Positions 20,401 to 29,790 of a DNA stretch of 64,000 nt are shown here, piece after piece. The stretch covers positions 5,581-69,580 of the forward strand of contig JBHLRQ010000002.1 of NCBI GenBank assembly GCA_048882385.1, given 5' to 3'. Made by a program: the position numbers and the translations under genes. The notes beneath the pieces were generated by a model. The model was given only the letters and a program-made list of their open reading frames with translations. It had not been told where the DNA came from and searched no databases. The DNA is from Candidatus Thorarchaeota archaeon (GTDB lineage Archaea > Asgardarchaeota > Thorarchaeia > Thorarchaeales > Thorarchaeaceae). The first letter of the stretch is position 1, and each line of letters starts with the position of its first letter.

Positions 20401-23400
20401 CCGTTACTCATCCTATAGACGACTGATAAGACAGTGTACTCGACATAGGTAATGTCGTTCCCGTTTGTCCAAGATACATCAATGGTTGTTGGGTCTCTAG
20501 CAAGGGTAAGACTGGATGAATTCGTGGCATCCACATAACCATAGAGTGTTGCTTCAATCAATATTGAATGTGTCCCAAATCCTGGTGGAGAATCACTCCC
20601 ATTGAACCTGATACTGTACATGCCTGCTGTTGAGTTCCAATCTAATACCCAGGTCTTCACTCCAATAGTCACATTTACACTCGCATCCTGAATGGATGAC
20701 TTATTGGACATTCTGAAATCAACATAGAGGACAGTATAATCGAAAAATGTTACATTGTCATAGTTCGGAGCTCCCCATGAGGTCACAACTGTTGTTGGCT
20801 CTGGAACTATTGTGAGGTATAATGTCCAATCTGGCCAAGGATCAAAACCATAGGCTGATGCATTGACAACTAGGTTAAATGTATCAAATCCAAGCGAACT
20901 ATCGCTACCATTGAATTGAATTCTGTAGGTTTCACTACTAGGATGCCATTTGAGATCCCAGAGTTCCCCATTAACTGTCACATTCACAGTTGCTCCAGCA
21001 ATTGACACTCCATCAGAGGTAGTATAGTTTACTTGAAGTACCGTGAAACCAACATAGGTTATTGTACTTCCCCCTAGCAGTTTACTTTCTAAATTGACAT
21101 TCTCACTGATTATTGTCAGATTATAGTCTATGTTGACTGTCATTTCATAACCTGGCTTCACCCCTCTAATCGATAGTCCAAATGAACCTAGTCCTGGCCA
21201 ACCTATGGAGTCATTCTTGAAGGTAATCTCATAAAGACTACTAGTTGAATTCCAGTCTAGAAACCAAGGACCTGATCCAGCTATCGTCACATCTACTTCT
21301 GCATCTGGAATCTCATTTCCATCACTTGATGTATAATTGACAAGAAGAGTTGTTGATTCAACAAATGTGATTGAATGACCATTGGACCAACTTGCTGTGA
21401 TCGATGTTGGTTCATCATTTATGGTCAAGAATTGTGATAAATTAGTTAAACCAACATGATTGGCTTTCCAAGCCTTGATGAGTAACTGATGTGTACCTAT
21501 TCCTGGAGGTTCATCTGTTCCCAACCATGTGTATTCATACGCTTTAGATGTATCATTCCAGATTGCTAGTCTAGTTATCACATGCGTTATATTTACCAAT
21601 GCACCAGAAATCGGTGTTCCATTACTCATAAGATAAAAGATTCTGATTTTTGTGGATCCAATATACGTAATAGTATCACTTGGGTCCCATTCAAAGACAA
21701 AATGTGTTTCTTCAATATGAATTTCCAATTGCTCGTCTGTGTTTGTTATGTTGATGTATCCAAATTTCGATGCTCTAATTTCCACTGTGTGAGTTCCATA
21801 ACCTGGAGGGTCTTCATCTCCAGAAATATAAGCCTCGTAAGTTTCATTATTCGGATTCCAGATGAGTTCCCAGAATCTTCCGTTTATTGTGACATTAACA
21901 ATAGCATCCGGAATTGAATCAAAATTACTATCTTGATATCTGACAGAAAGCAAGGTTTCTTGTACGTAGCTTATGTTGTATCCATTTGACCAGTTGATGA
22001 CAATACTAGTTGGTTCTTTATCTATGGTTAGGATCTCATCTTCAATGAAATGTGTTTCAAAATCATCTTTCAGAGCGTATATTTCAGTAGTGTGGATTCC
22101 AAAACCAGGTGGATTATCAGTTCCATAAAATGTGTGCTCATAATATTCTCCAATCAGAGATAATGGGAATATTGTGCCATCAATTGAGATGTAAACTGTC
22201 GCACTATCAATTATAGTTCCATTGAACATAGAATACCTTACTCTCAGAGTTGTTTCTTCTATGTATGTAATCGTATCAGTATTCGACCACGTGATTTCTA
22301 CTAAGGTAGGAATGACTGGTAAAGTTAGTTTCTTTGTATCACCCGTCTGACTCACATATCCATACTTCGAAGCTTGTATCGTCAGATTATGTGTTCCCAC
22401 TCCTGGAGGCCAATCTGAGCCATTGAATCTGACTTGGTACAACAAAGCAGTTTCATTCCAAACCATATCCCACGAGTTTGTGCCGATTGTAACGCTTAAC
22501 GTTGCATTTGTGATTGTGGTTGTATTACTCATACGATAATCAACAAAAAGGAATGTGTGTGCAAAGTAGGTCAAATCATTGCCATTAGACCAACTAATTA
22601 CCAAGTCTGTAGATTCTAAATTTACAGTCAAAGTTTCATCAGTGTTATCTTGTTGCTCAAATCCATTCAATGTTGCATTGACAGTCACTGGGAATGTTCC
22701 AACACCAATGTCTGGGTGATTACCACTTAGAATGAGCATGTACATCATTGAGAATTCGTTCCAATCGAATATCCATTCCCTAGAGGCTATTGTCGCATTG
22801 ATACGGGCACCTAGGACCGGCGAACCATCACTCATGGAGAAGTTTGCATAGAGCACTGTATTTCCAACATACGAAATTGTGTCAGACACCCACCACGAGA
22901 GTTCCAGCGATGTATTTTCAATTTCAATGGTGAACCAGTAGGTGTCGTTGGTTTGGGTCTGAAATCCAAATTTAGATGCGCCAATAATAACATTGTACGT
23001 TCCGATATCAGGTGGATTATCAGTCCCATTGAATGTTATTTCATATGCCAGATTGCCTACATTCCAATCGAGAGTGAATAATGTTGATCCTATCAATGCT
23101 GTAACATTTGCATCGATTGCAATCGGAGTTGTATCATTCATTCGGTACATGATTGATAACGTTGTTTGTTGAACATAGGTGATTGTAGTTCCATTAGACC
23201 ATGATATGTCAATACTTGTAGGCTCCACAGTGATATTGAGATAGGATGCTTTCGACCTATCATTATATCCGAATAGATCTGCAAGAACAACAACGCTGTG
23301 ATTACCAAAGCCCGGAGGGTCGTCTGATCCATTCAAAGTGATGCGATAAGTTTGGGACCCTTCATGCCAAATCATTTCCAGAGGTGATGCTCCACCTAAA

Positions 23401-26400
23401 CTCACATTGACCATGGCATTTCGAACTGCTGTTCCATTTGCCATTGTGAAATTTGCAGACAAGATGGTTTGCTCAATGAAGGTTATGTCATTCCCATTTG
23501 ACCAGATAAGAACTAAATCTGTTGTTTCTTCGCGGAAAATCATTTGGGATATATTGTTCTTTTCGACGAATCCAAACAGATCCGCTTGTATTGTGAGAGT
23601 ATGTATTCCAAATCCTGGAGGACTATCAGCCCCAGAAAACCTTACCCTGTATGTCTGAGTTGGGCTATCCCACTCCAAATTCCATGGGGGATAGACACCA
23701 ATTGTTACATTGACAACTGCTCCTAATATTGGAGAACCATCACTCATAGTGTAATTTGCAATAAGATAGGTTTCTTCAACATATGAGATGTCATTACCTG
23801 ACAACCAGGACACAACAAGAGCAGTGGGTTCTTCGTTTATTGTAAATGGAACCAAAAACTCATTCTGATCAATATGTCCATGTTTACCAACCAAAATTGT
23901 TAGACTGTGAGTATCAATTCCAGGTGGAGCGTTTCCTTCAAACACATATTCATAGACTGAACCATTAAACACTAGTATGAATGGATCTAGAGTTCCAATT
24001 GTGACATTGACTAATGCGTCAACAACAGGTGACCCATTGCTCAGCGTGTAGTTCACAATAAGTGTTGTAGACTCAACATATGTGATGACATTCCCATTAG
24101 ACCACGTGTAGGTCATGGATGTGGGTTCAAGAGATATGGTCAATGAAACACCAGTTTCATCTTTGGTTGCGTGACCGTGTTTATCTGCCATGATTGTAAG
24201 AATATGACCGCCAAAACCGGGAAGTTCAGCATCGCCATTAAACACATACTCGTAAGTTGCACCATTTAAAGTTAGATTGTAAAGGTCTGTTCCAATGGTA
24301 ACATTCACGATTGCGCCAACAACAGGAGAACCATCACTCATCGTGTAGTTCACAATCAATGTTGTACTCTCAAGGTACGTAATGTCATTACCATTGATCC
24401 ACTCATATGTCATTGTAGTTGGTTCTTCTCTAATATGCAGAGTTTGCATTGTATCGGATTGCGCTTTGTGGCCCGCCTTCCACGCTTCAATGGTGAGGTC
24501 ATGTAAACCAAAACCTGGAGGAACATCAGTTCCGTTGAAGGTGATTCTGTAAGCACTAACATCATCCCAGGTCAATGTCCAATTCTTTGCATTGATTGTA
24601 ACATTTACTGTCGCACCCGGAATGGGAGTGGATCCTGTCACTCGATTGTAGTAGACCACAAGTTCTGTTGTTTCGATGTATGTGATATTATTGCCATTGG
24701 TCCATTCAACGGTTAATGGTTCAGTATCATGAATTAAATCCACACTGACCTGAATGCTCTGGTTTTGGAGTGCAAATCCCTCAGTATAGATGTCAACTAG
24801 ATATGTCCCTGGATTCTTTCCCGTGGTTGGGATTGTAGCAGTCCATGTACCGTTGTTGTGGTCAGTCATACTGGTATTAGTTCCGCTGTCGAAAGAGTAC
24901 ACTGCCTCTATAGCAGCACCATAAAGCCCTTGGGGCGTGAATGTGTCTTCAAAGTAGACTCTCACCTCCAAGGTACTCTCTGTGAAACCATCGATTTCAG
25001 AATCCGTGGCTGTCAAAGAAGTTGGATAGTAAACTACCAGTTCTTTCACCAAGTAGCCTGCATCAGTTCCATTAGCCCAAGAAACTTCGATTGTGAATGC
25101 ACCATTATCCGATGTTGTAGTGTCGATATTCCAGAGATAATTAGTATGTCCATTACTCACACTCTGGTTTGATGGGGACCATATGACTGATCCGCTCTTG
25201 GTAATCGTAAGATTTGCTAGTCCTGTATTCACAGGGTCCGAGTCTTGCTCCAATATGGACATATTGACATCGACATCAGCAAGAATTGAAGAAAGACTAC
25301 TCAACTCATTGTCATTTGAGGAATCATATGTGTGAACTGCTATAAGGTGATTAAATGATGAAGCTTCTAGACGCCATAAACCATCCGTCATACTTGCGCA
25401 AATCACCGTTGTACCAACTACAACGTAACTCGTATGATTTGTCATTGGAGCTGAGCTTTCATAGAGTCCTGTAATTATCCAACTATTTGCTTTTGACATA
25501 TTGAGATATTTCGATATTTGTCCTGACACACTAGGATAAGAAACACTAGTACCTACACTCCAATGTACTAATCCACTTGAAGGAGTGATTTCCCAAGAAG
25601 TTGTTGTTGAAGATTGTCTTTCATAGAACAGAGTCATATTATAGTCGAAGTAGACGGATTGGTTTGTATCAAATGAGATGCTTGTTATGTTCTTGTTCGC
25701 CGATGAAAAAGTGAAGCTGGATGTAGTGATGGCTGTCGTATTTCCTCTCAAGTCTACTTTTTGGGGAGAAGAGAATACTAACGGCGCATCTGATGTCTGA
25801 TTCCATGGTATGTATGAATAATTCAACAAAGCTTCAAGTGACAATGATGCCCATCCACCAGGACCTCTCTGATATGATCCAAAAGTTCCTGCACTATTTT
25901 CTGCGCTCCAGTAGATAATTGGATATGTCGGGAAGGGATCTCCTGCTTTTGATAAAGTCGAACCATCTATTACAGCCCAATACACAGTATCTGCAGACAT
26001 TGATGCATTTCCTCCTGGAGATGTAGTCCAAGAGAGAACGCTGTCTGATGCTGTCATATTTACTGGAGTTGTGATATCCGTAGCACTGTCCAAATCTGAT
26101 GAGCTTCCACTACGAACGACTAATGAAGCATTTCCTCTAATTAGTGGATCATAGTCGTCTGTAAGATAGTAGATTGAGTAGTTGACAAGAGCTCCATCAT
26201 GAGGTTGATTGTAGAATCCCTGCGCAAGCTGCGAATAAAAGAGAACTCCCTCTTCAAATATCTTGAAATTATAATTCTGAGGAGTGACTCCAACTACTTC
26301 TTTTTCAACTGCCCCCTTGATACTAACTGTATCTATTTCTATCCTGAATAGTTTCCAGCCAGCAACTTGATAGTTTGACAGGTCAAGCATTGTGTTATGA

Positions 26401-26639
26401 GTGACTGTATCTCCATATGAGTTGAAAATCTCCAGACGTTGTCCTGTGAATGTGCGTTCGAAAAACATTGTTGCGGTCTGTTCGCTACCGCCTCCTGAGA
26501 TAGAAGCTGAACTACTCCTATTATCTGGTAGGATTGGTTTCTCATCCGATAGGATTAGTGTTCCCTCTGGATGTCCTGTTTCCTGAATTGAAGACAGGAG
26601 CAAGACTGCAATGACCAACAAGATTACAGATCTCTTCAT
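17469..26639 (-). CDS. giant (3056 aa) secreted, glycosylated, repeat-containing surface protein with a C-terminal TM and a short cytoplasmic tail
   Basis: Signal peptide (MKRSVILLVIAVLLLSS), an N-terminal domain paralogous to the 12915-17342 product, about 20 or more tandem 95-100-aa Ig-like repeats, then a TM segment (LSFIISLFEDPLTLTIIVGGGGSIAGLIVL), RRRRGRG, and a 90-aa tail. Confidence 0.75.
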   Translation of the reverse strand: MKRSVILLVIAVLLLSSIQETGHPEGTLILSDEKPILPDNRSSSASISGGGSEQTATMFFERTFTGQRLEIFNSYGDTVTHNTMLDLSNYQVAGWKLFRIEIDTVSIKGAVEKEVVGVTPQNYNFKIFEEGVLFYSQLAQGFYNQPHDGALVNYSIYYLTDDYDPLIRGNASLVVRSGSSSDLDSATDITTPVNMTASDSVLSWTTSPGGNASMSADTVYWAVIDGSTLSKAGDPFPTYPIIYWSAENSAGTFGSYQRGPGGWASLSLEALLNYSYIPWNQTSDAPLVFSSPQKVDLRGNTTAITTSSFTFSSANKNITSISFDTNQSVYFDYNMTLFYERQSSTTTSWEITPSSGLVHWSVGTSVSYPSVSGQISKYLNMSKANSWIITGLYESSAPMTNHTSYVVVGTTVICASMTDGLWRLEASSFNHLIAVHTYDSSNDNELSSLSSILADVDVNMSILEQDSDPVNTGLANLTITKSGSVIWSPSNQSVSNGHTNYLWNIDTTTSDNGAFTIEVSWANGTDAGYLVKELVVYYPTSLTATDSEIDGFTESTLEVRVYFEDTFTPQGLYGAAIEAVYSFDSGTNTSMTDHNNGTWTATIPTTGKNPGTYLVDIYTEGFALQNQSIQVSVDLIHDTEPLTVEWTNGNNITYIETTELVVYYNRVTGSTPIPGATVNVTINAKNWTLTWDDVSAYRITFNGTDVPPGFGLHDLTIEAWKAGHKAQSDTMQTLHIREEPTTMTYEWINGNDITYLESTTLIVNYTMSDGSPVVGAIVNVTIGTDLYNLTLNGATYEYVFNGDAELPGFGGHILTIMADKHGHATKDETGVSLTISLEPTSMTYTWSNGNVITYVESTTLIVNYTLSNGSPVVDALVNVTIGTLDPFILVFNGSVYEYVFEGNAPPGIDTHSLTILVGKHGHIDQNEFLVPFTINEEPTALVVSWLSGNDISYVEETYLIANYTMSDGSPILGAVVNVTIGVYPPWNLEWDSPTQTYRVRFSGADSPPGFGIHTLTIQADLFGFVEKNNISQMIFREETTDLVLIWSNGNDITFIEQTILSANFTMANGTAVRNAMVNVSLGGASPLEMIWHEGSQTYRITLNGSDDPPGFGNHSVVVLADLFGYNDRSKASYLNITVEPTSIDISWSNGTTITYVQQTTLSIMYRMNDTTPIAIDANVTALIGSTLFTLDWNVGNLAYEITFNGTDNPPDIGTYNVIIGASKFGFQTQTNDTYWFTIEIENTSLELSWWVSDTISYVGNTVLYANFSMSDGSPVLGARINATIASREWIFDWNEFSMMYMLILSGNHPDIGVGTFPVTVNATLNGFEQQDNTDETLTVNLESTDLVISWSNGNDLTYFAHTFLFVDYRMSNTTTITNATLSVTIGTNSWDMVWNETALLYQVRFNGSDWPPGVGTHNLTIQASKYGYVSQTGDTKKLTLPVIPTLVEITWSNTDTITYIEETTLRVRYSMFNGTIIDSATVYISIDGTIFPLSLIGEYYEHTFYGTDNPPGFGIHTTEIYALKDDFETHFIEDEILTIDKEPTSIVINWSNGYNISYVQETLLSVRYQDSNFDSIPDAIVNVTINGRFWELIWNPNNETYEAYISGDEDPPGYGTHTVEIRASKFGYINITNTDEQLEIHIEETHFVFEWDPSDTITYIGSTKIRIFYLMSNGTPISGALVNITHVITRLAIWNDTSKAYEYTWLGTDEPPGIGTHQLLIKAWKANHVGLTNLSQFLTINDEPTSITASWSNGHSITFVESTTLLVNYTSSDGNEIPDAEVDVTIAGSGPWFLDWNSTSSLYEITFKNDSIGWPGLGSFGLSIRGVKPGYEMTVNIDYNLTIISENVNLESKLLGGSTITYVGFTVLQVNYTTSDGVSIAGATVNVTVNGELWDLKWHPSSETYRIQFNGSDSSLGFDTFNLVVNASAYGFDPWPDWTLYLTIVPEPTTVVTSWGAPNYDNVTFFDYTVLYVDFRMSNKSSIQDASVNVTIGVKTWVLDWNSTAGMYSIRFNGSDSPPGFGTHSILIEATLYGYVDATNSSSLTLARDPTTIDVSWTNGNDITYVEYTVLSVVYRMSNGSDILGAIVNATIGVYPPWTLAWNDTAGAYQVRFDGDQIPPGLGTFTVDIQASAPVYVAQLPSTSLILRTDSPTVTPSWTSYTIDWTESVILSFDFLDSQGSPIENATTKLVYVNSTEYILHGTAGAYWIEFNNTFDLGLHNVWANFSKFGYDPVISLSISFTIEKALTNLTIVWSSTVVDYLQDIDLTVDYYYNGTGVTVPSVGTVVNITIDGTNTYSLTFDGSLWITTLTRNNLSLGGHVADIRAQVYGYEYSESLGIILTVNPVSTDPLAVTWEPSNVTIEYTDLLNLTVDYTFYEGDVPETAIVNVSIDGRFYNLTYSADIWSVSIPGQELGIGERIATINAWLYGYQYQTNLTIGINVTLAANSFIATWEPLSLEASFIDTVNLSVVYTEDYQPIVGATVEVSINGTPYTLTYSAFDKKWHFSMKASDIGIGVWNVTVTANKTGYADGWDSRLLTISLAPTNLTIIISNATIYYDESMTLNIYYQLLNTTSVTGGTCTVTIDSIDQSVLWVTDHWTFTITGSTAGLGMHSVVVSVDAFGFEPDTNSFDMTVDAIPTSVDFDDVLYQVFPFDSITVSFTWMDNKNLVGISGYEPAVVWPDTFSIVDFGNGTYNIQIDNDALHIGIYQLNATFSRTGYIAGNGGVEIEIIELPIVLSFVDEIEQFENETITVAIQIYDGPHATIVDWGEITIELVGFQYPLFYDSDSQEYSVDIWLGSLAPGSYILNFTASAIDCETETGEIQLDIVPKILYTLVIEVDEEVQAGQTIQIVIQASYESGSITGFEVAVHIIIERGQASPHEIIEVARDLLEFNVPSDATKLTVWAEFEGSIGEWPAVSNTEIREVSPGGMDMLSFIISLFEDPLTLTIIVGGGGSIAGLIVLRRRRGRGTESVSIAEPVVAPSSMTPPPKGEMDLLQDQIRGNIEGLTRAQIAQSLEITTSKAGAMVKKLLESNPAFEEVRDGKLRRIRFRGGD
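17940..24725 (-). repeat. intragenic tandem array of about 290-bp coding repeats (Ig-like domain repeats) within the giant surface-protein gene
   Basis: The protein repeat consensus is EPTSMTYxWSNGNDITYVESTTLIVNYTMSDGSPVxxAxVNVTIG...W.L.W.....Y...FNG.D.PPGFG.H.LTI.A.K.G. Copies are well conserved over about residues 640-2050 and progressively diverged toward the TM segment. Coordinates are approximate. Confidence 0.65.
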
Positions 26640-26765
26640 GCAAACACCTTTGGAAACGGCGGGACTCCTAAACAGCTACTCATAGCTATCCTAAACTTAT
26701 TTCCTATTGTTTGAAAAAGAGAGCTACTATGTATACGTCCCGAAAAACAGTCGAGCCTTTCCCTA

Positions 26766-27320
26766 TTATGTATAATATGAAGGTCCGGCTTCTGTCGTAG
26801 TGTCCTCTTTTGTGCCTAGCTGGCCTGTGACCTCATTAAGTAGTGCGATCATCATATCGATAGATCCGTGAAGCTTTCGCATTGTCTTCCAAAGATGGTC
26901 TTCTGTAAATGCATCGTCATAGATTCTGTCTGAAACAACAAATCCTGGACCAGGAGGCTGCGGTCCTGGCTGACCCGGACGTGGTTGTACAAATCCCATG
27001 TTGAATCCTTCTTGAAAACTGAATTTCATCGCTTTCATCTGAAACTCGCGCATCTTCTCAACGGTCAAAAGCTTCTGATGTTGAGGTGAGATCATGATTT
27101 GTGACTCAATCTGAAGGTATCTTTGTTCATTTGGGCGAACGACTGTGAAGAAGAACCGCATGAACTTAACCTTGAACAAAAACTCTGCCTTTGGATTTGA
27201 AATGGTTTCAACCTTTGTACCTTCACGTGAAAACCAATCTCTTACAGATTCCTTGATGAGCTCTGTTTGATTCGACACCGAGTTCTCCTCCAACTTACTT
27301 AGGCAAATTCTACCGCTCAC
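26766..27320 (-). CDS. hypothetical protein with a Pro/Gly/Gln-rich linker
   Basis: ORF immediately downstream of the giant gene; contains QPRPGQPGPQPPGPG; no known motif. Confidence 0.4.
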   Translation of the reverse strand: MSGRICLSKLEENSVSNQTELIKESVRDWFSREGTKVETISNPKAEFLFKVKFMRFFFTVVRPNEQRYLQIESQIMISPQHQKLLTVEKMREFQMKAMKFSFQEGFNMGFVQPRPGQPGPQPPGPGFVVSDRIYDDAFTEDHLWKTMRKLHGSIDMMIALLNEVTGQLGTKEDTTTEAGPSYYT

Positions 27321-27341
27321 TTAACGCTTGTGTTCACCTAG

Positions 27342-28145
27342 TTACTCACGGAACCAACGGATGCTATCATACCCTGAAGGCGAAATATCGGAGTAGCATG
27401 TTATCTGAGACCTCACACTTTTGATCATGTCTGTGTTTCCCTCTGTGGTGATGATTCGTTTCTCTGAGTTGCGAGTTGTCAATAGTACTCCCCAGGGATC
27501 CACCACCTGGCTATGACCAAAGTATGTTTTTCCGTCAAAACCAAATCCGACCCTATTTGCTGCTGCGACATACAACTGATTCTCTATTGCTCGAGCCCGA
27601 ACAAGTGTGTTCCAATGCTCACTTCTGGGATCAGGGAATGCAGCAGGGATAAACACAATTTCAGCGCCTTCAAGAGCAAGCTTGCGTGTGATCTCAGGAA
27701 ATCTGATATCATAACATATCTCGACTCCGACATTAATCCCAGCACATTCGAAGATTGCCATCGTAGTGCCTCCAGCAAAGACTTCACGTTCCTCCTGAAA
27801 TGGATGAATTTTGCTATATGTTCCATGGATATCTCCATCAGGCTTTGCCATGACAAGGGTATTGAGAAACTTGTCCCCAAATTTCTCTATTCCTGTACCT
27901 ATGGTATAGGCTCCATGCTCTTTTGCTACAGAACAAATGAACTCGGTGGTTAGACCTGGTATGCCTGGTCCCAGTTTCTTGTAATCCTCATGCCTGAAGC
28001 CAATCGCAAACAGCTCAGGAAGAAGAATGAATTGAATACCTCTTCTTGGTTTGCGTTTGCTAAGCAAGAAGTGAGCATGGTCGAAGTTGTTCTTTCGATT
28101 ACCTTCTTCACATGGCATCTGAACAAGAGTTAATGTAAACTCCAA
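27342..28145 (-). CDS. carbon-nitrogen hydrolase family protein (nitrilase/omega-amidase-like)
   Basis: E-K-C catalytic-triad contexts: N-terminal LPELF (Glu), a middle Lys, and the Cys in GVEICYDIRFPE. Confidence 0.8.
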   Translation of the reverse strand: MEFTLTLVQMPCEEGNRKNNFDHAHFLLSKRKPRRGIQFILLPELFAIGFRHEDYKKLGPGIPGLTTEFICSVAKEHGAYTIGTGIEKFGDKFLNTLVMAKPDGDIHGTYSKIHPFQEEREVFAGGTTMAIFECAGINVGVEICYDIRFPEITRKLALEGAEIVFIPAAFPDPRSEHWNTLVRARAIENQLYVAAANRVGFGFDGKTYFGHSQVVDPWGVLLTTRNSEKRIITTEGNTDMIKSVRSQITCYSDISPSGYDSIRWFRE

Positions 28146-28276
28146 AGCGAATCATCCTCGTAAGCAAGATGGTGGTAGATTATTCGTCTGATAAGGCAAC
28201 CGAATTCTGTATTTCCCCAATCATTACTATCATAACGCTTAATTGTCTGTATTAGTGCGGGCTTGCGTAGGCTCTA

Positions 28277-28612
28277 GTGGACGTGTGTCTATTGGTAAAC
28301 GAAGTAAATACCGAGCCAAAGAGCAGGAAGGAAATGCCAAAGACATCATACTCCAAACCAGTTGTTGGTGCTACTGGTAAAACTGGGAGTTGGCGTACTT
28401 TTGATCCCGTAATCAACTATGACGAGTGTAACAGGTGTCGAACATGTTGGCTACACTGCCCAGAGGCTGTAATCAGTTTAGACGAGGATGGGACTCCTCA
28501 CACAGATTATGATTATTGTAAGGGTTGCGGGATATGTGCGCAAGTCTGTCCTAAACAGTGCATTGAGATGTTACGCACAGATGAGCGAAAGAGGAGGACT
28601 GGCGAGATATGA
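28277..28612 (+). CDS. porD: 2-oxoacid (pyruvate):ferredoxin oxidoreductase delta subunit, 2x[4Fe-4S] ferredoxin
   Basis: Two CxxCxxCxxxCP clusters (CNRCRTCWLHCP and CKGCGICAQVCP). The true start is possibly the internal MPKTSYSK (about nt 28337), which is preceded by GGAAGGA. Confidence 0.8.
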   Translation: MDVCLLVNEVNTEPKSRKEMPKTSYSKPVVGATGKTGSWRTFDPVINYDECNRCRTCWLHCPEAVISLDEDGTPHTDYDYCKGCGICAQVCPKQCIEMLRTDERKRRTGEI

Positions 28613-29790
28613 AAACCGAACTCATGAGTGCTAACTATGCAGCAGCAAGATCCGTGGTTTCAGCCCGTGTTGAGGTTGTTGCCGCATATCCAATCACACC
28701 AGCGACAACAGTTCCTGAACAGGTTGCCCTACTGAATGAAAAAGGGATTTTCAAAGGCGAGTTCATCAGAGTAGAGTCTGAACACTCTGCAATTTTCGCT
28801 TGCATTGGTGCAAGTTCAACTGGAGCCCGTGCTTTTACAGCTACATCATCTAACGGACTTCTCCTGATGGATGAAGGTCTCCACTGGGCCGCTGCCGCAA
28901 GATTACCTATAGTTGTCAACAATGTCAATCGTTCAGTTTCCCCAAGCTGGAACATTCATGTAACACATGATGACGCATACTCCAAACGCGATACTGGATG
29001 GATTCAGTTCTATGTTTCAAGTGTTGACGAGCTATATCATACACTCATACAATCATTCAAACTGGCTGAGGACGAGCGTGTTCTAATGCCCGTGTTAGTG
29101 AATGCAGACGGATTTGTACTAAGTCACACTCTGTCATCATTCGACTATCTAGAACCAGAAGAGGTTGACAAGTTCCTCCCACCCTATACACCGCCTCATT
29201 GGGTGATGGATCCTGAGAATCCAGTGTCTCATGGCAACATAGTCTTTCCTGAGCACTATCAAGAATTTCGCTATATGATGCATGAAGGCACCCAGAATGC
29301 GCTCAGAGTCTATGAAGAGGTCGAGAAAGATTACAAGAAATTGTTTGGGAAGTACTTTGGTGGACCAATTGACTGCTATAGATGTGATGATGCAGAGGTT
29401 GTATTCACATCGCAAGGTTCAGTCGGGGCAGAGGCAAAGGATGCAATTGATGAGCTACGCGATGAAGGTTACAAAGCTGGTAATGCACGAATGAGGATGA
29501 TTCGACCATTCCCTGTTGAAAAGATACGCGAGTTGGGAAGTCGAGTGAAAGGGTTTGCAAGCTTCGACAGAGGAGTTTCATATGGATTTGGTGGTCCTGT
29601 CGCAAACGATATTCGATCCTCAATGTATCACACAAAGTACCGTCCAATCATCAAGAGCTACATTGGCGGGTTAGGCGGACGTGATATGACTGTGCCTGAT
29701 ATCAAGACTGTAATATTGGACACATTCAATGCTGTTGAGAGCGGTGAGCTAGGTCCAGAAGAAACCTGGCACAATCTAATGGAGGAGTGA
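28609..29790 (+). CDS. porA: 2-oxoacid:ferredoxin oxidoreductase alpha subunit
   Basis: POR alpha-subunit domain pattern at about 390 aa; ATGA overlap with porD and with porB. Confidence 0.85.
   Translation: MKTELMSANYAAARSVVSARVEVVAAYPITPATTVPEQVALLNEKGIFKGEFIRVESEHSAIFACIGASSTGARAFTATSSNGLLLMDEGLHWAAAARLPIVVNNVNRSVSPSWNIHVTHDDAYSKRDTGWIQFYVSSVDELYHTLIQSFKLAEDERVLMPVLVNADGFVLSHTLSSFDYLEPEEVDKFLPPYTPPHWVMDPENPVSHGNIVFPEHYQEFRYMMHEGTQNALRVYEEVEKDYKKLFGKYFGGPIDCYRCDDAEVVFTSQGSVGAEAKDAIDELRDEGYKAGNARMRMIRPFPVEKIRELGSRVKGFASFDRGVSYGFGGPVANDIRSSMYHTKYRPIIKSYIGGLGGRDMTVPDIKTVILDTFNAVESGELGPEETWHNLMEE

Noticed and set aside
18400-24725. Possibility that the regularly spaced ~290-bp repeats are a CRISPR array or other non-coding repeat
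   Set aside because: The repeat units are about 290 bp rather than 24-48 bp, are in-frame within one ORF, and diverge at synonymous and non-synonymous sites like protein domain repeats. There is no spacer/repeat alternation and I recognised no cas genes.
17794-25172. Numerous 60-110-aa ORFs on the plus strand inside the giant surface-protein gene (for example 18546-18752, 21582-21917, 23407-23658, 24858-25172)
   Set aside because: They are antisense to a 9.2-kb ORF with clear signal peptide, repeat structure and paralogy, and have no motifs of their own. They are artefacts of long open antisense frames.
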